Source: Octopus sinensis
Taxonomy: Eukaryota
DNA: 64,000 nucleotides
NCBI RefSeq assembly: GCF_006345805.1
Contig: NC_043004.1
Span: 86,118,001 to 86,182,000 of the forward strand
Reading direction: 5' to 3'
Made by a program: the position numbers and the translations under genes. Below, piece by piece: positions 24,714-36,569 of this stretch. How positions within the stretch are numbered: position 1 is the stretch's first letter; each line of letters starts with the position of its first letter. The notes below the pieces were generated by a model. It had not been told where the DNA came from and searched no databases. It was given only the letters and a program-made list of their open reading frames with translations.

Positions 24714-24903
24714 TAACAATAATAATAATAACAACAACAACAACAACAACAACATAAAAAATACCTTAGGAATGAGAACCCATGTTCGAAATTTCCCCAA
24801 GACACCTGATGAAGGCTGGGGGGTATATCAGCCGAAACGTTGTGTTAACAACAAACAAGATGAGGACAAATATCCGTCAAATGTAAGTAATGTAAATAAT
24901 GTA
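24593..24903 (+). mobile_element. hammerhead-bearing repeat, right arm (B-box remnant, triplet run, ribozyme tail)
   Basis: GTCCGATTCC (24593-24602, one mismatch to the tRNA B box GTTCGATTCC), (AAT/AAC)n, then unique tail containing the hammerhead. Confidence 0.85.
24801..24846 (+). ncRNA. minimal type-I hammerhead ribozyme motif, catalytic core intact
   Basis: Stem I GACAC/GTGTT; core CTGATGA 24806-24812; stem II GGCTG/CAGCC; GAAA 24834-24837; palindromic AACGTT stem III; predicted cut after GUU at 24841. Confidence 0.8.
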
Positions 24904-26084
24904 CACTGCGTTGAGTATTTTAGTGCGGACTTTACTACGAGATTTTCATGCAGATGGTGTCCCTATTTATATATCTCACATACCTTTGTATACAGATAGG
25001 CGGTACACATTTTCAATTGAGTGGAACACTGTTTTGCTGAAAGTCACAACGCATTGCCCAGTCCAGAAATTGCACCTGCCACACCCTAATCAATATTAAA
25101 CCACGTGCTTTTAGCTATCTCTATAAAAAGAGAAAATGAAATTAGAGAATATAGTTCTAGAGTAAATTTAATCTGAATGAGGAAGAAAAACGAGGTTACG
25201 GATGGAATTTATCTTTGACAATAGGTCTGCCTGCTCACAGACTGTCTTGGGGGATAAACAGCAACAATAACGAAATTGTCTTCCGGCAAACTGACTTCTC
25301 GAAAAGCGATTCTCTAGGTTTAGTGTTTTTTCAATCTCTTTGACTCCGTGATTTATTGGAGGTGAAACGGAAGATTTTACTGGCGCCCTTCATGTGAAAC
25401 GCCAAAGAAATATAAACTATTTTAAAGCAAGAAGTTGAGAGAAGATAATACAGAAAACAATTATTTTTACAACACGGATGCAGTACGGAAGTTTGTCAGC
25501 GAACAGGTCGCGGTCTCAAAGCGAGGAAAATATTTTGACATATTAAATTTAAATGTTGAAGTGAATCTAACGGTTTTTGTGTTTCTTAAATGGCTTATAA
25601 ACACCTGCAATTGTTTTCGTTCCAGCACACTATCTCAGATCATGTCACTTGCTATGCAAGTACATCTCCGTAATTATTTTTACGCTGTTTTATTAATGAT
25701 ACTTCTCTTGTGTATTGCAAAATTATGATAAAACCATGTTTTTTTCAAAAGATAGTCAGGTGTCGGGAAAACAGATAGAACACGGCCAGATATCCGAGTA
25801 GTAATGCTCAGTTTTTCGATTAAATAAACGTAAAAGTATTTTCACGTGTTGCCTTGCGTATTACATGATAAAATCTACGATTAGATTAATTCTACGATAA
25901 TATATTATGGTTAGCAAACCATAAGGCGAGAGACAATTCTGTGTGACTGTTCAGAATATGACAATATCTAGCAGGAATAGAATAAAAGATATTAAATCCT
26001 TTGTAAAGATGAGAACTAGGATGTTGAGGAAAAAGTTGAATGCTATTTATATTTCTCAAGATATTGTAAATCTATCGAAATTGG

Positions 26085-26480
26085 TTAAGGCATGGTTGTG
26101 TGGTAAGAAGTTTGCTATTAGAATTGGAGGATTCGGATCTAGTCCTATTGCGTGGCACCTTAAACAAGAATCTTCTACTACAGCTCCACGCCGACCAAAG
26201 CCTTGGGAGTGGATTTAGCAAATGGAAATTGAAAGAAACCCATCGTGTGCGCGTGTTTTGACACCCCACCCACATATATATGCAGATATGTGTGCGCATG
26301 CATCCTTTTGTCTTTTAGACTCCCCACAGCGTGACAACCGGTGTTAATTTGTTTACGTCCCCGTAACGGTGAGGTAAAAGAGACTGGTAGAATAAGTACA
26401 AAAAGGTACTGTGGTCTTGAAATCTTTCAAACTGGTGCTGAGGTATGACCGCAGTCTGATGACTGCAATAACTAAAAGAT
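26085..26480 (+). mobile_element. SINE family A, old degenerate copy
   Basis: ggcatggttgtgtggtaagaag...gccgaccaaagccttgggagtggattt...gtttacgtccccgtaac. Confidence 0.75.
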
Positions 26481-26859
26481 TACATATACAATATGTTGCT
26501 GGCAATATCATTAGAACGTCAGACAAGATACCTTTTTTCATTTGTCCTGGTGTTTTGCGTCCTGAAATGAAATTCTTTTAAGATTGTATTTGCTTTTCAT
26601 CCCTCCTGGCTTGTTAAAATAAACTACAAGAAATGAAGTGAAGTCAATAATTCAACCACGTCCGTGACCTTAAATTTGAGGGCTTTATTTTAATGTTGGT
26701 ATTTAATATTTAATCAGAAGTGTATGAGGTTCTTTTTGCTTCTTACAGCCTATATAAGTAAGCTTAACTACCTTCTAAGTTCGTGACGCTTAAATATAGA
26801 ACGAAATCAAAGACTTCTCTACGCGCCACGTATTTAGTGTCCATATGCGTAGAAACAAT

Positions 26860-27225
26860 GGAGCTCAAAGAATCTGGCTTTCGGACAGTGTTTTCGATTT
26901 CATTCCCACTGTGCAAAACTTTGAGTGACTCCTACTGTAGCCCCGGGCCGACCAAAGTCCTGTGAGTAAATTTCATAGACGGAAACTGCGTGGAAGCTAC
27001 TTATATATGGGCGTGTATCTTTTTGTTGGTGTTTACTCCCGCCCGTTGGACAACCAATGTTGGTTTGTTTACGTCCTCGTAATTTTGCGTATTAGTAAAA
27101 AGATTCGGTAAAATAAATACCAGACTTAAAAGCAAATACAGGAGTCGATTTGTTTGACTGAAACCCTTCAAAGCTGTGCCCCAGCATGGCCGCAATTCAA
27201 TGACAGAAAAAAATGTAAAACATGA
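26860..27225 (+). mobile_element. SINE family A, old degenerate copy
   Basis: gggccgaccaaagtcctgtgag...gacggaaactg...ccagcatggccgca. Confidence 0.7.
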
Positions 27226-27265
27226 AATATTAAAGAGACTGTTTGAAGTGTTTGTTCAGTATATT

Positions 27266-27834
27266 TTGGGTTGTCCGGAAAGTTCGCACCGATTTTTAAG
27301 GAAAGAAAAAGGTCAATAAATACTTGCCATTACATTTTTAATCAACCAAATATGAACCATTTTGTTGCACAATGCGTCTCCATCTTTCCTTTAACTTGAA
27401 AATACTCTCTTCCTAGAATTGAAGTGGTTTCATGGCAAAGAATTCATTCATCAAGGTATCTTTTCACGTCATCCAAGGAATTGAAATTTTTACTATTAAG
27501 ACTATTCTGCAGAGACCTGTATAAGTGGAAATCCGAAGGAGCAATATCTAGTGAATACGGAGGGTGGGGTAACACATCCCAGCCGAGCTGCAGTAATTTT
27601 TGTCCGGTTCCCAAAGCATCAAGTGCCGAAAATGAACTTTCTTACCTTCTATTTTAAAGGGTTACAGAATTAACACAGGTTAAAGGAATATAAATCTTCT
27701 TCCACGAAAAGATAGCTTAAACTATGCTCTAAATGGAGGTGTAGTCAAATCCTATTTTATGGACTCAACCATGTTCTAAAATAAGTCGAAATGTAAGCTA
27801 CTATAAATCGGCACGAAGTTTCCGGACAACTCAA
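27266..27834 (-). mobile_element. internally deleted mariner transposon with transposase C-terminal remnant
   Basis: TIRs TTGGGTTGTCCGGAAAGTTCGCACCGATTT / AAATCGGCACGAAGTTTCCGGACAACTCAA|TA. Minus strand 27615-27338 reads KLLQLGWDVLPHPPYSLDIAPSDFHLYRSLQNSL...ERWRRIVQQNGSYLVD* (mariner HPPYSPDLAPSD motif). Confidence 0.93.
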
Positions 27835-28890
27835 TATTTTAATAACTTTTCGAACATTCTAAACATGCAGGGCTTATAAAACGTGAACCAGTATTTTCTG
27901 ACATGTAGCTGTACGTAGATCTTTCAAGAGCACATTCAAATGTTGATGCAAAGACATAAAAATTTTTAGATAACAATTCTCAATATAGAGAAGCTGATAA
28001 ATCGCTAATAAAAAATATACTTTTCAAAAATATTCTCTCTGAATACAGTACTTCAGAGTTGCATGTGTGAACCATCTCAAGAAACGAGCTCTTCGGAAAA
28101 GAACCTAAATTCAATAGAAATAATTTACTCCATAGTTGTATATAAATTTCCAACAATTTAAAAATTTTCGAAATAAATGTAGAATTTGAAGAAGGAATTA
28201 AAGGATGGAAAAAAATTCCAACTCATAATGTTAAGAACCTGTAATTGAAATTAAATAGACTGAACTTAAAGCGGATAGGGATGTGCTGCTGTAAGCTGTA
28301 AACAATTTATCGAAATGATAGTAAAGCTATTAAATGGAGAAGAGATGAGGTAATGAAACAAAACAAATTATAGATATACAGTACAAAAATAAAATAACAA
28401 ACCAGAGTATTGGATTATCAAATAAGCAAAAGATAATTACAACCCTAATTACAGTGCCTATTTATCAAATGTGATTTAATTGAGGATATGAAATTAAGTG
28501 GAATATCAATACAAATGTTTATAAAAGGTTTCTTCTTTCTCAGCAACTTACAAACAATTAACTGCTATGAGCACCGACAATGATTAATAGAATTATTCTT
28601 TTCATTAAACCTCATTGAAGATTCAGTCGCAAAGGCTACATGGTGATAACATTATATACACATGCATACATACATTACATACATATATATATATGTATGC
28701 TTGTATACATATGTGCATGCATATATATACATGCATGTATCTGTATGAATATGCATACATACATATATATATGTATGCTTGTATACATATGTGCATGCAT
28801 ATATATACATGCATGTATCTGCATGCATATACATACATACATACATGCATACGTACATACATACATATACACACATACACACACACATAT

Positions 28891-28930
<40 letters not shown>

Positions 28931-29196
28931 TAACGTAATTTCACACATAACTGTTAAAAGCGAATTAACACGTTCAAGACCAATTCTGCTGAAAGCATTT
29001 TGCAATTGTAACTACTACTACACCAGTCAATTAATTCATGCACGCTTCGAGCCAACAAAGAAAGATCGAGGTCAGCCATTTTCAACCTTTTTCAATCCAT
29101 GATATATTGCCAAATCGGTTGAAAGCTTTACGTTCTACGCTGAGTTTCAGAACAGTTACGACACAGAGTAACTGCACGAATTGCAATTTGCTGTAT

Positions 29197-29581
29197 GGAT
29201 GGAAGCACTCCGTCGGTTACGACGACGAGGGTTCCGGTTGATCCGAATCAACGAAACAGCCTGCTCGTGAAATTAACGTGTAAGTGGCTGAGCACTCCAC
29301 AGACACGTGTACCCTTAACGTAGTTCTCGGGGATATTCAGCGTGACACAGAGAGTGACAAGCCCGGCCCTTTGAAATACAGGTACAACAGAAACAGGAAG
29401 TAAGAGTGAGAGAAAGTTGTGGTGAAAGAGTACAGCAGGGATCACCACCCCCTACCGGAGCCTCGTGGAGCTTTAGGTGTTTTCGCTCAATAAACACTCA
29501 CAACGCCCGGTCTGGGAATCGAAACCGCGATCCTATGACCGCGAGTCCGCTGCCCTAACCACTGGGACATTGCGCCTCCAC
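29197..29581 (-). mobile_element. SINE family C, full length, well preserved
   Basis: Head ggcgcaatgtcccagtggttagggcagcgg...ggtttcgattccc; tail shared with 53640-53832; head shared with 50488-50685. Confidence 0.9.
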
Positions 29582-29831
29582 TATTTGCTGTATATAAAAT
29601 AAACAAAGTGTAGACAGAGTTGGGAATTCAAGTGGTCTCGTGTTCAATCTCATTGCGTGTTGCCTTGGACAATTGTTTTCTATAATAGCTTTGGGCCAAC
29701 TAATGTCATGTGGATGAATTTGATGCACAGAAACTTACAGTTGCCCGTCGTCTATTTTTCTTCGTGGGTAATTTCATCAGGCTTACATAACGCTTAGATG
29801 TTGGTATCTAGTTTTAGGAGGTCCTGTGGTG

Positions 29832-29862
<31 letters not shown>

Positions 29863-29904
29863 GCAAATACACACACACACATAATATATATATACATATA
29901 TATA

Positions 29905-30378
29905 TAAAATATTCTTTTATTGTTTAATTTATTTCAGTCATGTGACTGTGGCCATATGGAAACAGCGTCTTTAGTCGAACAAATCGACCCCAGCACTTAT
30001 TCGTTGTAAGCCTAGTACTTATTCTATCGGTATCTTTTGCCGAACCGCTAAGTTACAGGGATGTAAACACACCACCATCGGTTGTCAAGCGCTGGTTGGA
30101 GGACAAGCACAGGCACACGAACATATATACACACACATATATGTATATATATACGCAGATATACATAAACATTTACATACGTATATGTATATTTATACAC
30201 ACACACGCACAGACATGACTAGCTTTTTTCAATTTTCACCTACAAAATCTACTCACATAACTGTGTTCGATCTGTAGGTATAGTAATAAACACTTACCCG
30301 GGATGCCACGCGTTGAGATTGAACTCGGAACCATATGGTTGAGAAGCTAACCACTTACCACACAGTCACGCCTGCGCC
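29905..30378 (-). mobile_element. SINE family A, full length, diverged
   Basis: Ends cacagtcacgcctgcgcc (30378); internal CA/TA microsatellite. Confidence 0.85.
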
Positions 30379-30513
30379 GAACGAACTAAAGATTTGTCAG
30401 TTGAATCAAAGTTTAGATATATCCAAAAGATTTTTTTCTTTTTTCGAGGAGTCATTCTTTATTCTTGTATTTACTTATATCGTCAAAATCACACGGTGAC
30501 ATACCTCACCACG

Positions 30514-30559
<46 letters not shown>

Positions 30560-30566
<7 letters not shown>

Positions 30567-31088
30567 TATGTGTGTTCAAGACGACACATGATCGCAAGCG
30601 CACGCAGACACAGACACACAGAGGGACATACGTACCACAATACATAGACACAGAGTTACAAATCAACTTTAGTACATCATAAAATATGACGACGTTTTTC
30701 CCGTCTTACGTGCACACCTACGTCTTTCTTAGCTAATCGGCAGCCACAACCGCCGCCATTACTATAAGACATTAATCGACTTCAAACAACCGAAGAAGAA
30801 TTTGGCGAAGGAGAAAGAAGTGATACTAGACACGAAGCAGCATAGAAGTATGTAATAACGTGCAGTAATGTTATAAAATATATAGTTCTGTGTTTTATTG
30901 TTAGTTTCAAGTGATGTTGAATTAATCAACAAATAAGTAACATAGAAACAGCGCAGAGACCATCACACCTGCTTCAAGAGAAAACTGTTATGTCTGCAAC
31001 TATTACTTCAATACTAGAACGAAGTGAGATTTTTCCATGTGTTAGTAGAAAATGTATGAATGACTATAAGCATTCGACACTTCTATTT

Positions 31089-31181
<93 letters not shown>

Positions 31182-31672
31182 TGTTATTTATTTATTTATT
31201 TATTTATTTTGCTTGTAGACTGTATTGGGAGCTGAATAGATTTTTATAACTTCAGCCAATTGATTCTGTTACTATGAGGATTTGCGTTGAGTGTATGCAT
31301 GTTAACGTGTGAAATAGTGTGTGTATGTGTGTGTGTGAGTGTGTGTGTGTGTGTGTGTGCGTGAGTGTGTGTGTGTGTATGTGTGTATATTTACCTAGGT
31401 ACGATTATGTAATATACGTGGATTCAGATACATTTATATGCTTGTGTACATACGCGCTTACAAATATATTTATGGATACATATCTATTTATACATGTATA
31501 TGTATGTATGTGTGCGTATGGGGTGTGTAAGTGAGTGCGTCTGTGTATATATATGCATAGATATATATTCATATATATATATATTATATATACGCACACA
31601 CGCACACAAACACACACAAATATATACATATGAATATAAACATGAACATATCTATATATATATATATATAAC

Positions 31673-31737
<65 letters not shown>

Positions 31738-32268
31738 TATATATGTGTGTTCAAGACGACACATGATCGCAAGCGCACGCAGACACAGACACACAGAGGG
31801 ACATACGTACGCACATACATAGACACAGAGTTACAAATCAACTTTAGTACATCATAAAATATGACGACGTTTTTCCCGTCTTACGTGCACAACCTACGTC
31901 TTTCTTAGCTAATCGGCAGCCACAACCGCCGCCATTACTATAAGACATTAATCGACTTCAAACAACCGAAGAAAGAATTTGGCGAAAGGAAAGAAGTGAT
32001 ACTAGACACGAAGCAGCATAGAAAGTATGTAATTACTGTGCAGTAAATGTTATAAAATATATAGTTCTGTGTTTTATTGTTAGTTTCAAGTGATGTTGAA
32101 TTAATCAACAAATAAGTAACATAGAAACAGCGCAGAGACCATCACACCTGCTTCAAGAGAAAACTGTTATGTCTGCAACTATTTACTTCAATACTAGAAC
32201 GAAGTGAGATTTTTCCATGTGTTAGTAGAAAATGTATGAATGACTATAAGCATTCGACACTTCTATTT

Positions 32269-32335
<67 letters not shown>

Positions 32336-32824
32336 TATTTATTATTATTATTATTATTATTATATTGTGTTATTTATTTATTTATTTATTTTGCTTGTAG
32401 ACTGTATTGGGAGCTGAATAGATTTTTTAACTTCAGCCAATGATTCTGTTACTATGAGGATTTGCGTTGAGTATGCATGTTAACGTGTGAAATAGTGTGT
32501 GTATGTGTGTGTGTGAGTGTTGGGTGTGTGTGTGTGCGTGAGTGTGGTGTGTGTATGTGTGTATATTTACCTAGGTACGATTATGTAATATACGTGGATT
32601 CAGATACATTTATATGCTTGTGTACATACGCGCTTACAAATATATTTATGGATACATATCTATTTATACATGTATATGTATGTATGTGTGCGTATGTGTG
32701 TGTGTAAGTGAGTGCGTCTGTGTATATATATATGCATAGATATATATTCATATATATATATATTTATATATACGCACACACGCACACAAACACACACAAA
32801 TATATACATATGAATATAAACATG

Positions 32825-32850
<26 letters not shown>
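30560..32850. repeat. ~1.18-kb direct tandem duplication (two copies)
   Basis: ttcaagacgacacatg at 30575 and 31750; catgaacata at 31641 and 32821; the copies differ mostly by 1-nt indels. Confidence 0.95.
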
Positions 32851-32863
<13 letters not shown>

Positions 32864-32915
32864 CGCACACACGCACACAAACACACACAAATATATACAT
32901 ATGAATATAAACATG

Positions 32916-32963
<48 letters not shown>

Positions 32964-33854
32964 TATATATTTCTACAATATATACACAATACAAATATGT
33001 ACTCAAATATATAAATATACATAAATGTGCAAATATATATATACAAACATACACAGGCATCCATGCTTTCATATACACACGTAATTACGTGCACATATAC
33101 ATACACACATACACATACAAACACACAGAGACACGAAATCTCAGAGTGTCTTCCATCATACAATATTATAGATATGTGATACACACACACATTCTCATAA
33201 AAACATGCGCATACATACACATACATCTACACACACACACACACACGTCGCACACGCACACTCACAGACCTACGCAGACAGTGGTATACTTGATATGATA
33301 TTCTACATTTAAAACTCTTGGTTGGCAAGAACATTTTTTAAATAGGCGGGTATTTAATAAGTAAATGAATGCTTTTCGTCGTGAATTAAAAGCTTAACAA
33401 TGCATATATATATAGGGAGCTTCTATGGAGTGAATAATAAATACCACTACCTCTATTCAAACCCGCATGATTCTATGCAACGTATATTACACTCATGCGC
33501 ACGCGCGCATGCAGGTATTGGTATAAATATGCAGATACCTTTATATGCATGTGTGCACAGACAGTTTTGTTAGGATTATTAGACGACGAATTATAGCGAA
33601 TGTCAAGTGGTGTAAGAGCTGAATAATGAACGTAGTGTAAGATTCCTTACAAAAGAAAATGCTAAACCATGACATTGAGTTGTTCCTATCTTTAGGTTTA
33701 ATCCAGATTCCGGGGCAAACTACATCAAGTATTAAGAAGCATCAAGGGTAATCTTGGGTAAGCAAACCCACTGTAACTCTTCTGATGGGTAAATCTTGGT
33801 TAATTCCACTGGATTATGAATATTTTCGGCAGCTTAATTCCAAGATACTTACTG

Positions 33855-33975
33855 CAGTGCGACGATGAGTTAGCTGGCCGAAACTTCGAAGTCACTGACG
33901 GTAACATTCTCGTATAATAATATCAGATTAATAAATTTGTACTCTACAAAAGTGTAGAGTAACTCATCAGTTTAA
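33855..33975. ncRNA. pair of convergent decayed hammerhead-like motifs
   Basis: Plus strand: CAGT..GATGA..GAA-ACTTCGAAGT-C-ACTG (33855-33897). Minus strand: CTGATGA-G-T-TACTCTACA cttt TGTAGAGTA-C-AAA (33970-33936, G12 missing). Confidence 0.45.
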
Positions 33976-33997
33976 TGTAAAATTCTTTTTATCTGAA

Positions 33998-34394
33998 CAT
34001 GGTGGGTGTGTGGTAAGTAGCTTGCTTACCAACCACATAGTTCCGGGTTCAGTCCCACTGCGTGGCATCTTGAGCAAGTTTCTTCTACTATAGCCTCGGG
34101 CCGACCAAGGCCTTGTGCGTAGATTTGGTAGACGGAAACTGAAAGAAGCCCGTCGTATATATATATATAATAACGTATATGTTTCTGTGTCTGCGTTTGT
34201 CCCCCCAACATCGTTTGACAGCCGATGGTGGTGTGTTTGCGTCCCCATAACTTAGGGTTCGGCAAAAGAGACCGATATAATAAGTACTAGGCTTACAAAG
34301 AATAAGTCCTGGAGTCGATTTGCTCGACTGAAGGTGGTGCTCCAGCATGGCCGCAGTCAAATGACTGAAACAAGTAAAAGATTAAAAGAGTATG
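33998..34394 (+). mobile_element. SINE family A, full length
   Basis: gtgtgtggtaagtagcttgcttaccaaccac...gactgaaacaagtaaaagattaaaagag. Confidence 0.92.
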
Positions 34395-34485
34395 AAAACA
34401 AACAAAAACACACACACTTGCACACACACACATACAAACTCATACACAAAAACGGACAGACACTCACACAATACACCCACACATA

Positions 34486-34861
34486 CACTACCGTCAGAAA
34501 TTAATTAGCACCCTTGATTTGCTCTTCACTCAAGGTATGTGCTGTCACCTAGCGGCCATATCTCGAACTATTGCTTTGTTGCGAGTTCACTGTTGCGCAG
34601 AACGATGACGTAACTTTGTTTGCAGAGCAGTTTGAGAGTCTACAGCCTTATGATGTTGACATAGCAGTGCAACAACTTGGAGTGCGGATGCAGACAAACT
34701 TCCTTTGTTTAATAGATATAGGTAGCGCCTCGCAAGGACCGAAATCACACCATACTAAGTTTTCTCATCGCGTAAGACGTTTTGAACAGCTCATAGGTTA
34801 ACTGATTTAACATATTTAATGTAGAAATTTGAGAAGTGCTAATTAATTTCTGACGCAAGTG
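34486..34861. mobile_element. Tc1-like MITE
   Basis: TA|CACTACCGTCAGAAATTAATTAGCAC and GTGCTAATTAATTTCTGACGCAAGTG|TA: 26-bp TIR, 2 mismatches, TA target duplication. Confidence 0.88.
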
Positions 34862-35437
34862 TATATACACACACACACATATATATATAGGCATTCGATG
34901 TGTGTTATATAATGCAATAAAGTGTTCCGCTGATGTTCTGATCTGGTTGAGTAATAAACGCAAATTGCCACAGCGGTGAAACGTTCGTAGGGAATGAATA
35001 ATAATAATGCTTCGTATATCATAAATAGTAATACAGCTGCGTAGATTAGTAACGGATACACGATACTGGAAATACACTAAATAATGATATCCTGCCTGGA
35101 GCACTAAACCCATCTGTAGTATTCATGCATCTAACAGAATACACGATCTATCTATCTGTCTATATGCATTTTACATATATACCCTCACACACGCGCGCGT
35201 ATACACATACGCACACGCGCACGCACACACATATATTACAGAAATGGTGGCTAGCTTAATACTCTGTGGATTGTTTATATATATTCCATAGTAGAATCTT
35301 ATGTCGACGACATAGGCGAATGAATAAACTATGATCATCGCTTTGTATGGGGGCATGTGGAATAAATTATGATCATCGAATAAATGATTATCATGAACGA
35401 ATAAATTATGATCATCGTTTAGTATGGGGGCATGTGG

Positions 35438-35655
35438 AAGGGCGTGGCTTAGTGGTTAAGGCGTTGGACTCATGATCGTAAGATTGTGGTTTCGATTTTT
35501 GGACCAGGCAATGCGTTGTGTGATCTTCAGCAAAACACTTTATTTCACGTTGACTCAGTCTGCTCAGCTGAGTAACCCTACCAAGGACTGGTGTCTCGTC
35601 GGGGTTGTATATATTACACCTCAGAAACCGGGAAATCGGCCCTATGAGTATATAT
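35438..35655 (+). mobile_element. tRNA-headed SINE (CORE-like middle, ..gaaaccggg.. tail)
   Basis: ggcgtggcttagtggttaagg...ggtttcgatt...cagcaaaacactttatttcacgttg...ctcagctg...gaaaccgggaaatcggccc. Confidence 0.7.
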
Positions 35656-35744
35656 GACTCGTAAAGTAGCGTGTATTTATCCTCAATGTAGTGGCTATTT
35701 ATCCTGAAAAGGGCGACGATTTGGCAGAAACTTTAGGACGCCGG

Positions 35745-35945
35745 GTGAAATGCTTAGCAGTAGTTCGTCTGCCATTATCTTCTGAGGTCAAATTCCGCCG
35801 AAGTTGACTTTGCCTTTCATCTTTTCGAGGTTGATTAAATAAGAACCAGTTATACACTGGGGTCGGTGTAATCGACTTAATCCATTTGTCTGTCCTTGTT
35901 TTTCCTCTCTGTGTTTAGCCCCTTGTGGGTAGTAAAGAAATAAAT
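35745..35945 (+). mobile_element. SINE family B with one 184-bp type body
   Basis: Ends tttagccccttgtgggtagtaaagaaata. Confidence 0.85.
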
Positions 35946-36311
35946 ATGGTGGCTGAGCTATCTTAAAATATCTGGGCGCTTTTATTTGAATCCTTCCACA
36001 TTTTAACTGGAACTTTCCACTGGAAGTGACGTTGTCATTCATGGCTTTAAAGATCAATAAAACCCCTTAAGAAAAAGTTCTAATTGACAGAATCTTCCTC
36101 TACAAGTTGTGATGCTGTTTTGCAACGTGTACGAATTTGATAAAAACTAGAACAAAAATAGCTTCCTAATATCGTCTGATATGAATTCTAGATTAAGATG
36201 TTTTTGATGTCGTTATATAGAAGACAGTAAGTACACTGAAAATGTCTCAATATATTTTTATAGGTAAAGAAAAAAGAGTTGTGTGATTATTTCGTTAAGT
36301 TTTTGTAGATT

Positions 36312-36479
36312 CAGGCGTGGCCGTGTGCGTAGGCAACGCACTTTATAACCATGCTATTTCAGGTTCAAACCCATAGGGCATTATATTGGGCAAACGGTAT
36401 TTAACGTGACCCTGGTCAGGCAAATACTTTGTGAATGAATGTGGCACCTGGAAACTCTGTGGAAACCTATCGTGTGTAT

Positions 36480-36569
<90 letters not shown>

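Noticed and set aside
28040-28320. AT-rich segment with coding-like stretches (IFEINVEFEEGIKGWKK)
   Set aside because: Multiple stops and no motif I can assign; it would need BLASTX.
29500-29581. tRNA genes at SINE heads (also 50488, 53509, 35438)
   Set aside because: A/B boxes are present but there is no complete cloverleaf or acceptor stem, and each runs directly into a SINE body.
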